Source of the DNA: Eledone cirrhosa
Lineage: Eukaryota
Assembly: GCA_964016885.1 (NCBI GenBank)
Contig: OZ024754.1
Location: 11,532,001 to 11,596,000 of the forward strand
Direction: 5' to 3'
Length of the DNA: 64,000 bases
How positions within the stretch are numbered: position 1 is the stretch's first letter; each line of letters begins with the position of its first letter. The translations under genes and the position numbers were made by a program. Positions 35,110 to 47,426 of the stretch are shown here, piece after piece. The notes below the pieces were generated by a model, which did no database searches, had not been told where the DNA came from, and worked only from the letters and a program-made list of their open reading frames with translations.

Positions 35110-36980
35110 GGTCTCAGTCCTGTGTCATCTTCATTGGCATATCCAGTTGAATCAGGCCCGCCTTCATTGTTTCATCCCACCTCTTCCCGATTCCCCCTCT
35201 TTTGGAGCATTCTGCAACCTTTAAACAGCTGTCATCCTTCATGCGCATCACGTGACCATACCACCACAGTCTTCTCTCCTGCACACAACATTTGATCCCT
35301 CTTATGCCCAGTTTCACCCTCAATACATTTACACTTTGCTGTTCACACACACACACACTTCTGTTACACATCGATCTGATCATGCAGGCTTCGTTTCTTT
35401 CCATGTAGCATTGCCGATCGCACTCAGACATTATACAACTTGCCTATTATCTTGAGTGAAAGACGTGTAGTTAGCAGCGGTAGTAGCTCCCTGAACTTTT
35501 TCCATCCCGTTCTTATTCTGGCAACTGTGCTTTCTGCACAACCACCTCTGCAGCTGATTTGGTCCCCCAGCAGAAGCTATCAATTATTTCTCTGTGGTCT
35601 TCTGTGCATTTGAAGGGAGTAAGCTATCTGAAGGTCTTTGCCTACTACTCCTGTGCAAGTTTCACATATGAAGTCCATGTTTTTCGCTAGCCAACCTGTT
35701 TTCTGACTACATCTCTTGTGTATCCAGTCTGATTTGGGACACTGAATAGAATTTCTGCCTACTCCTTTCCTGCACACTAAGCAAGGCCATTTCCCGGAGG
35801 GTATCAAAGCCGTTTCCTTTTCTGCACTCAAGGATTTTGAACTTAGTCAGGTTGAGTTTGAGGCCTTTTATTTCCAAGTTGTATCTCCATGTCTGAAATT
35901 TCTTCTCTAATTCTGTCATAGAACAGGCTGCTAAGAGGGCCAGGGCATTGGCGTATAGTAGTTCCCAAGGGCAACCAGTCTTAAATTCCTCTCTTATAAC
36001 CTGTAGGACAATAACAAATAGGAGGGAGCTGAAAACAGAACCCTGGTGAACCGTCACCTGTACACTGAATTCATTGTTGATTTTAACTTTGCTGGGGGCC
36101 CATTTGTAATGGCTTGTACTGCTTTCACGAGCCACTCATCTACACCTTGTTTCTGAGGGCCCACCATATTATGGGTCGAGGGTCTCTGTCAAAAGCTTTC
36201 TCTAGGTCCACGGATGCTAAGTAGAGCAGCTTTCTTTTAGCCAAGTGCTTCTCCTGCATTTGCCTCACAAGAAAGAGGGTGTCGGTGGTGCTTTTTCCCG
36301 GTACAAATCCAAACTGCATTTCATCTACGTGTATACAATCTCTAATCAGTTCTCTAATTACTTCTCTTTAGGGCGTTTCCTTTACCCATGTAGCAGTTGA
36401 CGATGATGCTATCCCAATCACTGGGAATTACACCATTCTGTATTACTAGGTTTACAACAAGAGTGGTTAGGGTGTGCCCAACCATCCCAGATGCTTTCAA
36501 CATCTCAGCAACTACACCTGATGGTCTCGCTGCTTTATCTGTCATGTTCTTAATTGCCTTACCAGGTTGCTGCCTACATGTACAACTGGGCCTTCTGTTG
36601 GGTGCACTTCGGGCAGGCTGGTTACCTCCTATGCATTTTCCCCATTCATCAGCCTCTTATATTGGCATTTCCAAGCAGCTCTCTTTTCAGTATCAGTGCA
36701 GGCAAGTGCAACAATGTCATAATGAATGCATTTCTCCCTGAGAATAACTCGGCTTTCCTTGACACATTACCTTGCAATCTCAAACACCTTGCGGTTTTTG
36801 GTCCTCATGTTCTAATACATGCTTAAACTATTCATTTTCTGCTTCTCTCCTTGCCAGGTTTACCTGCTGTTGAGCCTCTCTACTGGCTTCCTTGTAGGAA
36901 TGTCTGCTGCCTCTGTTTTTCCATGCGTCTTTTGACTTCAATTGCCACGTCCACCTTGTTATTCCACCACCAGACGTTCC
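35110..36980 (-). mobile_element. Degraded RTE-type LINE with Cys/His finger
   Basis: VHQGSVFSSLLF, WELLYAN, GKWPCLVCRKGVGRNS, RRLWWYGHVMR fragments in several frames. Confidence 0.9.
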
Positions 36981-37869
36981 ATATTTGGTATGGCTTCTAC
37001 AGCTAGATATCCTTCCTAACACCAACCACATTATAGACAGACTCAACCTTCCTAATACATTCCATATTTGACATGGCATCTACATCTAGAAGCCCTTCAA
37101 AACACCATCCTCCTTACAGATAGTACTAGATATATTTTATCATGGAACCAGCACTACCACTTTACAGAGTGTACTGGATGCATATTATCATGGTACTGGT
37201 ACTAGAGAGGTTGTCATATGTGAGGCCAAACAGAAGAGTCCTCTCTATCCTATATTGCTCCCATATGATCACCAACCAGTTTAAAGAGTGTACTGGGTGC
37301 ACTTTATCATAACACCAACACTACAAAGATTTTTAGGTATTCAACAGAGCCAGAGGGTCCTTTCTACACTGTCTTGGTCATCATATATTTAAAAAACAGC
37401 AGCTAGCAACCAATCCACTCTGTAAATGGTAATGCTGGTACCACAATAAAACAGCAGATAGTATCAAGTCCACTCTGTAAAGTGGTAGTGCTGGTGCCAC
37501 AACAAAAGCACCCAGTCCACAATGTAAAAAGGTTGTGATGATACCACAAATGCCTGGTCCACCCTGTGAAGTGGTAGTTGATTGGAAGGGCATACAACCC
37601 TAGAAACTAAGTATACAAGTAAGACGGGAATAAGCTGACCAATCTAGCATGGTACATGACAACTCACCTAAACCCATGCAAACATGGAAAACAGATGTTA
37701 AACAGTAATAATAGTGACGATGTTGTGCTTAGAAAGGATGAAACTAACTACTGTTAGTGCAGCAATATCATTGTCAGGTTTTTCAAGAGCCAAAGGTGAT
37801 TCACTGGAGAAAGACCATTATTACATAGGCTTCAAAATGCATCAGTCAAAATATATATAATGTATTTAC

Positions 37870-38037
37870 CATTTCTTGATGCAACTGGGGATGGTTTTCA
37901 ATACTCTTGTATGATCTCACCCAGGCAGCAATATCTTCAAGTTGAATATCTATATTCAATTTAAACACCAACCTTTTCTCTCTTGTGAAATCATTGCCAG
38001 ATACAATGGACAGTTCAATTAATTCATCAAAAGACAG
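37870..38037 (-). CDS. Asteroid/FAM120-like PIN protein, coding exon 2 (H3TH-like GND motif)
   Basis: TTACAG|..ATG|GTAAAT, 168 nt: LSFDELIELSIVSGNDFTREKR..LEDIAAWVRSYKSIENHPQLHQEM. Confidence 0.88.
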
Positions 38038-38929
38038 CTGTAATTACATAAAAAATTTGGAAATAACATTATCTTGTTTACAGAGCATTGAGAAAATTTG
38101 AAAAGTTACTGCAATGAAAATGGATTGCCATGATAGAATGTTTTTTTAGATAAATATAAACCCTTTGAAACAAACTGTTTTGTATGATAAAACTAGGGTC
38201 AATTTCAAGCAGAAAGAAATTTAGTACTATAATTAACTTTCATATTATTAAGTTAGGGTCTGAAACATAACTTAAAGGTTCTGATATAAAAGAAGATGTA
38301 TAACTCCTTGTGGATTGAATAATTATTTATCATTGAAGTAATTATTTACGGTCAGATGTCCTTGGTGCCAACCCTTTTAGTTTCTTCTTACATTAAGTAT
38401 ATTAAGGTCATCTTCCTTTTAGCTTTTATGGCCCCATCATTGGGTACTTTTTAAGACATTTTTTACGGGCAGATGCCTTATCTGTTGCCAACCCTTTTAA
38501 TCATCTCTTATGACATGCTGAGATACAGTGTAGCTATTCTAAACCAGACACACAGATACTTTCATTAACCTCTTCTCATAACTTACTCTGCCTCAGTTAC
38601 AAAAATATTTTACTAGCTGTTATCTGTAAATTTACATAGAAACAAACAAAGGATTAAAAGCCTGTGACCTAGTGGTTAGGTAGTTGGACCCAAGATCATG
38701 GGTTCAATTCCTGAACTGGAGAGCAGATTGTGTATTTGAGCAAGAGACTTCATTTCATGTTGCTTTTTATGGGAGAATTGGTGTTCCTATCATTAAAACA
38801 AAGATATCTCCTATAAGATTCAACCTTGTAGGAGGCCAACTTAACCTGCTTAGGTATGAGCTGCAAATTTCATTTTTCATAAAAATTTGTTGAAATAATT
38901 TTCAATAAATATAGAAAAGCACAACTTAC

Positions 38930-39661
38930 ACCAAGCATATGTCCAACTCTTTCAGCACTCATTAATCCAATCTGAAGATGTAAAGGTTGAACCACTTCAC
39001 AAGATTTGCGTATTAAATCATTGTTAATATCAAACAATGTTTCTGGAATAAAACGACAGCCTTGAAAAATACAGAAATCAGAGTCATTACTTAAAATACC
39101 ATATGCATTACTATTTAAGAGCAGCTTGGCTATTTTGTCATCAGCCTCACCGGCGTAATTCACTACTTTACAATCACATTTTTTCACAGCAGAAATAAAA
39201 ATAACTTCAAGAAGAACAGGCCATTTTTTATCACCAGGTGACAAGTTTTCAATGTTTTTCTCTTGGTTAAATACAGATAACATACTTTTAGTACTCTTAA
39301 TATCCCTTTTAGCAGACTTTATCCAGGTGTTGAATTTACACTTAAAACCTTCTTTGCTGGATCCTTTTGCACCATCGATTAAAAATGTTAGGTGGATACC
39401 TACAGACTGTAAATTCTTTATCACATTAGTTATATAGTGAGATAGAGACTGATATTCTCCACCCAAGATTGATAGATATCTGTTTCCACTTCTGTTTGAA
39501 ATATAAATAGAAAACTTGGTATGGATCCAAAATAGAAAGCTGTAGAAATCAACCAATATTTCAATTCCTTGACGTTCATGAGCCACTTGTACAAGGTCAA
39601 CAAACATACAGCACTGTTGTTTGTTTCTAAGACAGTAGGATAATAATCCATTCACACCCAT
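38930..39661 (-). CDS. Asteroid/FAM120-like FEN1-type PIN nuclease domain, coding exon 1
   Basis: MGVNGL start, ILVDFYS, GGEY, FLIDG, GEADD, ILSNDSDFCIF; acceptor CAG at 39684-39686, donor GTAAGT at 38929. Confidence 0.92.
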
Positions 39662-39777
39662 TGTTTTCACAAAAAAGCTTCACCTGCAAAATCAAATAAA
39701 AGTCCATAAATCCTTTTGCTACCATATTTTTAATGAAATGCTGTATACATATAAATATATATATAATATAGAAATAG

Positions 39778-39855
39778 CTTCTACAGGACTAGAACTGTTT
39801 CATTCAAAGGAAATCTTCAGGAAAACCCTGATGATTTCCTTCGAATGAAACAGTT
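39778..39855 (-). ncRNA. Hammerhead motif within a 63-bp palindrome
   Basis: Minus strand TTC-CTGAAGA-TTTC-CTTT-GAAT-GAAA-CAG..CTG-TA-GAA; mirror CTGATGA..GAAACAG on + at 39828-39855. Confidence 0.6.
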
Positions 39856-40041
39856 AAATATTAAATACACTCTACTATGTACTGAATACCTATCTTATGT
39901 GGTTACTCCGATTCAACCTGACACACACACACACATGTATATATATATATATATATATAAAATTGTTGTAAGGTTGCAATAAATATGTACATAGGAGGTA
40001 TACCGTTTGAGCACTCAATGCTCATGCGGAGCAGAGTATAT

Positions 40042-40355
40042 TATTATAGATAACAAGGAATCAGTGATGCCTTAAAACACAATTTATTAACATATTACAT
40101 ATGTTTCTCCGATGATCAAGGCAGGATCTATTATAGATCGAACCTGACTCTGCACTTGCAAGGTCCTCATATATGTTTATCGTTTTCAAGGCACTTCTTC
40201 AACTGACAATATTCAGTCCACATTTCTATAATAAGTCCTGCCTTGATCATCCGATAAACATATGTAATATGTTAAGAAATTGTGTTTTAAGGCATCACTG
40301 ATTCCTCGTTATCTATAATATATATATATTATAGATAACGAGGAATCAGTGATGC
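40042..40355. repeat. Fold-back element, ~96-bp inverted arms plus (TA)n and a third partial arm
   Basis: 40042-40137 is the reverse complement of 40225-40322; 40328-40355 repeats the arm start. Confidence 0.85.
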
Positions 40356-40399
40356 AAAGTAGGGCGCAACCATCTGGCCTGACTTGGCTCATAACAGGA

Positions 40400-40860
40400 C
40401 CACCCAGTAATATGGCTCCACTATGTGTAAAGCTTGGTGCAGCCAACTGACCAGAATTCTCTCATAGAAGGACCACCCGGCTCTCAAACTATGGCTCTGC
40501 TGTGAGCAGGTTACGGTGCAGCCAACTGGCCTGTCCCTCCTCATATTTCTGGGCCCTGGGAACGTTTTCACGTGGATTGGGCATATGTTCCAAACATCGG
40601 TAACATTTTAGTCATTGTAGACTCTTATTAACATGGATTGAGGCATTCGTGTGTCCTAATCATACAACTGAGGTGGTCAAAAGCAAGCTACTTGAGGTCT
40701 TCTCTCGTTTTGGAGTAGCAACTACCTTACTATCGAACAGCAAGCCAGAATTCGTTGCATTGAAAAGTATGTTGTTATCAATGGGCTGCAGAAAGATAGA
40801 GACATCTTCTTACAGTCCTGCATCTAATGGCGCCACTTAAAGAGCCGTACAAACCATAAA
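40400..40860 (+). mobile_element. Ty3/Gypsy integrase remnant
   Basis: PWERFHVDWAYV..ILVIVDSY, WIEAF, FSRFGV, YSPASNG motifs; frameshifted. Confidence 0.8.
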
Positions 40861-41200
40861 ATTGAGGCGAAATGCAAGAATTGCGGCAGGATGTAAAAAG
40901 CCAAAACGTTTCCAGGAGGAATAATGTGAGAGTTACTGATTGGTGTCTTGGTGTCATCGAATGCTTGTCGTAACCGTTGTGCTTCGTATTGAGTGAACTC
41001 TCGTGCAGTCACGAGGCGAGAAAGAACGACAAAGCAACCATTAAGAAAAGGGCATCAGAACAAAACAATATAAGGAACGAGCTGTGTAATTTGCAGTTAT
41101 TAAAAGCTTTTTATCAAAACCCTCTATTGCATGTCATACTTAACATTATCATATAATAAATAGAAGTACATACCTGTAATCAATTAATTATTGCTAGAAA

Positions 41201-41610
41201 CCTTATAAATATAATTGTTTCTACGCTGGGCACAAGGCCAGCAATTACCCAGTGCATTACTGGTACTTTATTTTATCGACCCCGTAAGGATGAAAGGCAA
41301 AGTTAACCTTGGCGGGATTTGAACTCAGAATGGCAAGGGCCGTAACTCTATACGTCAAAGCATGGCGTCCGACCCTCTACCAATACTGCCAATCCAACCT
41401 TATAAATATAATTGTTTCTACTTTTGGCACAAGGCCAGCAATTACCCAGTACATTACTGGTACTTTATTTTATCGACCCCGTAAGGATGAAAGGCAAAGT
41501 TAACCTCGGCGGGATTTGAACACAGACCGTAAAGGGACGTAACTATGCTGGAAAGCATGGCGTCCGACTCTCTACTGATACTGCCAATCCACCGCCCTTA
41601 TAAATATAAT
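41201..41610 (-). mobile_element. Tandem dimer of SINE family A
   Basis: Two copies separated and flanked by three copies of CCTTATAAATATAAT. Confidence 0.88.
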
Positions 41611-41974
41611 GCACAAAATATATAATCAAAACGAAAAAAAAAAAAGCCATCAATTCAAGACTAAGTTAGTCAATCGGTGACACACTACAGGGGTCATCAG
41701 TGATTTTTGAGGCAAGCCAACAATCTGGCAGCATTGACGCGGGTGATGGCAAGGCTAAAACAACCAGAGGCACCCTTTCGGACATCATTTGATACCTCGG
41801 TAAAACGAGCCACTAACCATTACAAGAACTTCGCTGTCAGTAGCCCAGCACCACCAAACATCTCGAACACCACCACAATGTCAAAAATGTTATTTGTCAA
41901 CAGCCCAGCTCTGAGAACCGCGATTTGAAATATAAATTGAAATTTACAGCTCACGAGAGGTTTCTACTATGATT

Positions 41975-42515
41975 TATTATAATAATGAAATTATTGTGTA
42001 AAGTGCTCAGGTGCACAACTCGTCAAAGGTGTATGTATAGTACATAGAATAATTGTTTCTACTTTAGGCACAAGGCCAGCAATTACCCAGTGCATTACTG
42101 GTACTTTATTTTATCGACCCCGTAAGGATGAAAGGCAAAGTCAACCTCGGCGGGATTTGAACTCAGATCGTAAAGGGACGTAACTATGCTGGAAAGCATG
42201 GCGTCCGACCCTCTACCGATACTGCCAATCCACCGCCCTATAGAATAATACACAAATGTCAGGGAAGTGAATAGTGTATGAGTCATGGTATACATGTGCG
42301 TATGTGTATGGAAGGGGAACATTAGGTGTAGTGTTGGCGGATCTCGGGAAGCATGGAGGCCTTAAAGGATGCAGTGTCTCGACAGCTAACAACTGATGCA
42401 GGTAGTTTGTTCCATGCTTCAGCAACTCTGAGCGTGAAAAAATGTTTCCGAAAGTCATGGAAACTGTGCTGTTTTCTGACTTTGTGGGCATGTCCACGTG
42501 TGTTAGACACCGGGA
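41975..42515 (-). mobile_element. CR1-like 3' end interrupted by a SINE
   Basis: SNTRGHAHKVRKQHSFHDFRKHFFTLRVAEAWNKLP; same family as 17110-17600. Confidence 0.85.
42044..42249 (-). mobile_element. SINE family A with 10-bp TSD
   Basis: ATAGAATAAT at 42044-42053 and 42240-42249. Confidence 0.9.
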
Positions 42516-42593
42516 AATCAAAAAGGTTATTGATAGAGGCCCAGTCCTATCATGGAACCGTAATTTACGTTTACCGCATGCTACGATAGGATT

Positions 42594-43084
42594 GGGCATA
42601 CATTATGACTGGCGTTCCGGAAAGTGAAAGTAATTTTTGATAAAACTGCGAATTAGTTTTTTTTTTTTACAATAAAAGTTACATACGCAATTGTATGGAT
42701 TTCTTAATATATATATGTGTGGGTGTGTGTATATATGTGTGTCTGTATGTATATATATATATGTGTGTTTGTATATATATATGTTTGTCATCATCATCGT
42801 TTAACGTCTATCTTCCACGCAAGCATTGGTTTAGACGTAAAGAAAAAATAATCACACACGCAATACTAATTAACACCATATCACTATAGAGACCTGTTGT
42901 AAATAAACAAACAAATTCACAGTGTACACACATATATATATATATATTAAGAAATCCATACAATTGCGTGTGTATCGTAACTTTCATTGTTGAGACCAGT
43001 TGTAAAAAAAAAAAAAAAAAAAAAAAAATTCAGTGTTGTCAAAAATTACTTTCACTTTCCGGAACGCCCGTCTCAACGTATGCC
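42594..43084. repeat. Imperfect inverted duplication (~125-bp arms)
   Basis: GGCGTTCCGGAAAGTGAAAGTAATTTTTGA..GCAATTGTATGGATTTCTTAATATATA mirrored at 42925-43084. Confidence 0.8.
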
Positions 43085-43163
43085 TAGGATTGACCTAAAC
43101 ATAAATCGCCAACTGAAATCTGTCGAAACAATTGACTGAAATTGAAAAAAATCAAATTCTTAC

Positions 43164-43260
43164 CCACTCTTTTCGATTTATTTCAAAATTAATATTTTTT
43201 TTGTCTCTGAGAAGGAAGAGTTAACTTCTAAAGGGAAGTAAGTCATTGGTATTTTCGCTT
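43164..43260 (-). other. Candidate non-coding first exon of the PIN gene
   Basis: Donor-like GG|GTAAGA at 43163; the first coding exon starts at an acceptor, so an upstream exon must exist; 5' boundary unknown. Confidence 0.35.
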
Positions 43261-43724
43261 CTCATAGAACTTGAGTTGACAGAAATTTCTCTAATGTGCT
43301 TTGGACTCTGGTACCACCTTACAGCTGTCAGGGTGGAGTTGGCTACCCACAGGAGTAAGCCCTGTGAGCTGAGATGACTATTTCAACGCGTCTCCCTTGC
43401 TATCTTTCAGGATAATGATTTCCCCATTCTATCCGCTGGGACCTTGAGGTGGCATGTTCCTGGGAGATTTCTGCACGCCAAAGTCCGTTCTCTCACATTG
43501 TCCGAGCTTTCTATCATTGGAGAGTAGCGATTGTATAGGCTGCTGATATCTACGACCAACACATACAGACAGTTGAGATGCCTCGAGTACTAATTAGTTA
43601 CAGAGATTTCACTGTTAATTGTAAACCGTAATTTTCGCACTTTCTGAGGAGGGGAACATGGTTGTCCAAATTTTACATTATATCTGTTTAACAACAAAAA
43701 ATTAAGTTTATTCACAGTGGCCCT

Positions 43725-43985
43725 GTTGCTACCTCCCACATCGTAGATGCCGCGGTAAATGTGAGGGTCACTGCTTCCGTTGTCGAGTGGAATAAAATCC
43801 TAAAATATAGGGAACTATCAACTAACTATTTTTTCCGGCCTGTTGATGTTCGAGACGTTTGGTGGTGCTGGGCTGCTGACAAACGGCTTGCTCTACCGAG
43901 ATATCAGGAGATGCCCGTGTGGGTACTTGATTGTTTCAGCGCTTTAGCCTCGCCACCACCTGCAGTAATGTTGCCAGCGTGTTGA
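43725..43985 (+). mobile_element. CRE/R2-group LINE C-terminal restriction-like endonuclease remnant
   Basis: ASVVEWNKILKYRELSTNYFFRPV..ETFG and LFQRFSLA..NVASVL resemble RLE-type C-termini. Confidence 0.6.
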
Positions 43986-44747
43986 CTGGCTCTTGTGGGG
44001 TGTGACCGATTGATGCATTAATGGTCGTTTTTGTTTGATTTTAATTTTTCTCTCGCCTTGATCGTATATTTTTGTGCTTATTTGTGAGGTTCCTAGCAAT
44101 AATTTATTATATGTTTATATTTTCATTGTGTAAGAATTATAAACAAAAATAATTAATAGATTTACATAAAAACACCCCTCAGCCGTTCGGTGGGAAATTG
44201 TTCTTATTCTCCCCCCCCCCCCCGAGTGTTTTCAATGAACCTTTAAATCAGTCTGATCATTTTTTTCTTTCCGTAAATTTACCAAAGAAGTATTAAAGGA
44301 AGGCTGCAGTGCTCCTTGTTGTGGTGTATGGTTCAGTGTGTAAATCTTCCCACCTTTACTTTCTTCCTTATTCCTCCTCTTTTTTTTTTTTATTACTAAC
44401 CTGAGAATGAAAACATTGACAAGAAACAAACACTCAACACCAAACGCATGTTTCAGCATTTATAACATTGCTCCATTTATTGACATAAAATAAACAACAG
44501 AACTATCATCATCACCACCATAACCGCAATAGAACCAGCATAGATTTCACATGAGTTTATATTAAGGGGATGATGGGGCGGTATCAACTTTTGGGGGATG
44601 GAACAAAATGTTAATAACATCTATTGTAAACATTTATGTGGTAAATATATATTTAGCTCGAAGTAAGAAAGTGAAAATATCCTCGTTGCAACCACTGGAT
44701 TCACTGTTACTCGATTCGATGTTATTTTGGTTGTAACGAGAGGAGAT

Positions 44748-44932
44748 AATTATTTCTACTTTAGACACAAGAGCAGCAACTACTTCAGTGCATAACTGGT
44801 ACTTTATTTTATCGACCCCGAAAGGATGAAAGGCAAAGTTAACCTCGGAGGGATTTGAACCCAGAACGTAAAGGGACATAAGTCTATGCCTCAAAGCATG
44901 CTGTCCGACGCTCTACCGATACTGTCAATCCG
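44748..44932 (-). mobile_element. SINE family A
   Basis: Family A core in reverse complement; older copies at ~45170-45365, 53600-53765, 57660-57810. Confidence 0.85.
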
Positions 44933-45729
44933 GTGTTAGTTGGTATTAGTTCCTTGTTCGCATTGGCGTGGAAGATATTGCAGTAGTAATAGTTCGTTTG
45001 ATAGGTGATTCCATGAATTGCTCTCTCCCATATAAGCACTGTGGGGGAAATGTGTGACCTATGACAAATGAATTGTGTGTGTGTGTGTGTATCAGTGAGT
45101 CGAAATATGTGGCTGTACTTGTTGCCAGTCAGTAATTTAAAGTTGAAAATGAAGTTGCCAACTCACCGCACTTGAATTCTAATTTATACATAAGGCCAAC
45201 AATTTAAGTGTGTCTGTGGGGGGCGTCGATTAAATTTAGTAGTATTTTATTTTATCTATCCTGAGAGGATGAAAAGCAAAGTTGACCTCAGCAGGATTTG
45301 AACTCTGAAAGTAATCCCACAAAGTATTTTGTACGACATTCTAACGATTCTGCCACTCCACTGCTTTCATGTTGCTTAATAATACTGCTTCTGTAGCATC
45401 CACCCTATTGAACCATCTTAATATTTGCTGAAATGACCAGCTTCTTGTCTTCAGAATTGACCTCAGGTTTCAACTACAAAATCATCAACAATTAGAAGAC
45501 ACTCCAACTTATATAATGACTATCTTTTAAATAAGCGCCTCTGTCTGTGATAAAGGAAGTTGTGTGCCAGTCGCGCTGGGTAGTTTTTGTCTTTTTACTT
45601 ATAAAAAACAAACATTTTTGTTTAAAAAAATATACTACTGTATAGATTGACCCTCCGACTAAATTGTCAGTGGGTGGGTCATTGAACCCCCCCAGGCGCG
45701 AAATTTTATAACAAATTGTTTTTTTAACT

Positions 45730-46900
45730 ATGAATGTTAAAATTGAAGCGCTTCCCGCCATAAGTGGAAATGGGAGCGTTGAAATGAATGTCACTATGGC
45801 AACAGGTAGTGACCGAGAAAAATCACACGAACACAAAAGTATGAAAACACATACGGCACAAAAAATATTGAACAACAAAAAAAACACTTCACAAATGAAC
45901 TCCACAACCACAAATCAAGCAATTGAGAACAACAATGACAACAACAACAACAGCAACAATGATGACAACAACACCAACACCAGCAACAATGATGACAACA
46001 ACTCCACAAAAAAAGAAATAATTTCGTTCGCACAAACTGTCCAAAAGACAGAACTGTATAAACAAATTGACATCTCTAATGTTAGAGAACTACTAAGAGA
46101 TGCCAAGCAATACATAACTTTTGGGGAGATTGGCGCTTTTAGCATCACTTCTCCTCAAGAATTGCGTAGAGAAATTGTCCTGAAAACTAGTTTTCAGGAC
46201 AATAAACAGCACCAGATAACCAGCTCAATTAACTCAAAATGAAATTGAGCTGGTTTTAAGAAACTCCATGAAGGATATTACCTTCATACAGAAGGGAAAA
46301 CTCTTCGGGTGTTTATCAGTGACAATGAAAGACCAATTGACGGCACAGAAATATTCTGTGTCCCCCCTCTACACCTTTTCCCCCACATATATGGGAAAAA
46401 GGACCCCAAAAATAAAAATAACAAACATCACACCAAATGTAAACATCTGGTGGATATTAGCTGGTTTCATCTATTTTGATGAAAACTCAGTGATTTCGGT
46501 AGGAAAGTCCTCCAGGGGCATATTTAACAGTACAAGCTTAGAAGTTCTGGTCCAAATGAGACCAGAACGGATAGCTAGAATACCACAACGTGTGCCTCTG
46601 GATGGAAATTCCTACATAAACATTTCTGTTGAGGGTAAGCGGCCCTCGTTACCACTGTTTAAGCAGTGGTCGCCTAAGGGCTTCCTGTCCTCAGCTAACC
46701 GATTTAAAAAAGAAAGGCACCACTGCCAACACCTAAGACAGCAACACAACCACCACAACAACAACAACACACAAAAATAACCAAAAGAAACCAACCCCTC
46801 CCCTCCCCACCTAAATCAACTCCAAAAACACCCACAAGCACAACAGCTCCCCAAAACGTACCCCTCCCCAATCACACAGACACCACAACGGAATCATTGA
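45730..46900 (+). pseudogene. Tx1/L1-like LINE ORF1 (gag-like) remnant
   Basis: Asn-rich N-terminus, SFAQTV, PTYMGKR, VEGKRP followed in another frame by a degenerate zinc knuckle YHCLSSGRLRASCP; no ORF2 follows. Confidence 0.6.
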
Positions 46901-47420
46901 TGATGAGGGAGAACCCCTCCGCTCCAAAAGAAAGAAAAAAAAAAAAAGACAACAAACACACAACCACCAACACAAACAATTTTTTACAATTACACCCTTC
47001 TGAAATTGGGAGTTAAAATTTATGGGGTTTTGTTTTTATGTGCTTCAAACAAATCTGAACTTCGAAACCATTGTAAATTTTTTTTTAGTTAACTTGGTAG
47101 GTTGTTGGCGGTCACCTTCAGGGTTTGGAGTTGAATGTTATATCAGTTTTACTTTGGAAGTGTAATCTTTTTAACAAATATGGCCTTCAAAACCATTGGA
47201 TGATATATACTAAAGGCATTGCTGCAGAGAATAGCCAGCAACATCCACTACATCAGTCACTCCACATCACAGAGCTCCTTCCTTGGACAAGATGCACTCC
47301 TCCCAATTTTGCAGAGGAAAATGGCAGTTTGGGGACCAGAACCAGAGGTCTCAATGACAAATGGTATGTTATTGATTAATTGAACAAAAGAAAACAAATT
47401 TTGCATACATTCAACATTAT

Positions 47421-47426
47421 TTTATT
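47421..47426 (-). terminator. Candidate distal poly(A) signal
   Basis: AATAAA on minus followed ~25 nt later by a TTTGTTTTCTTTTGTT downstream element. Confidence 0.35.
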
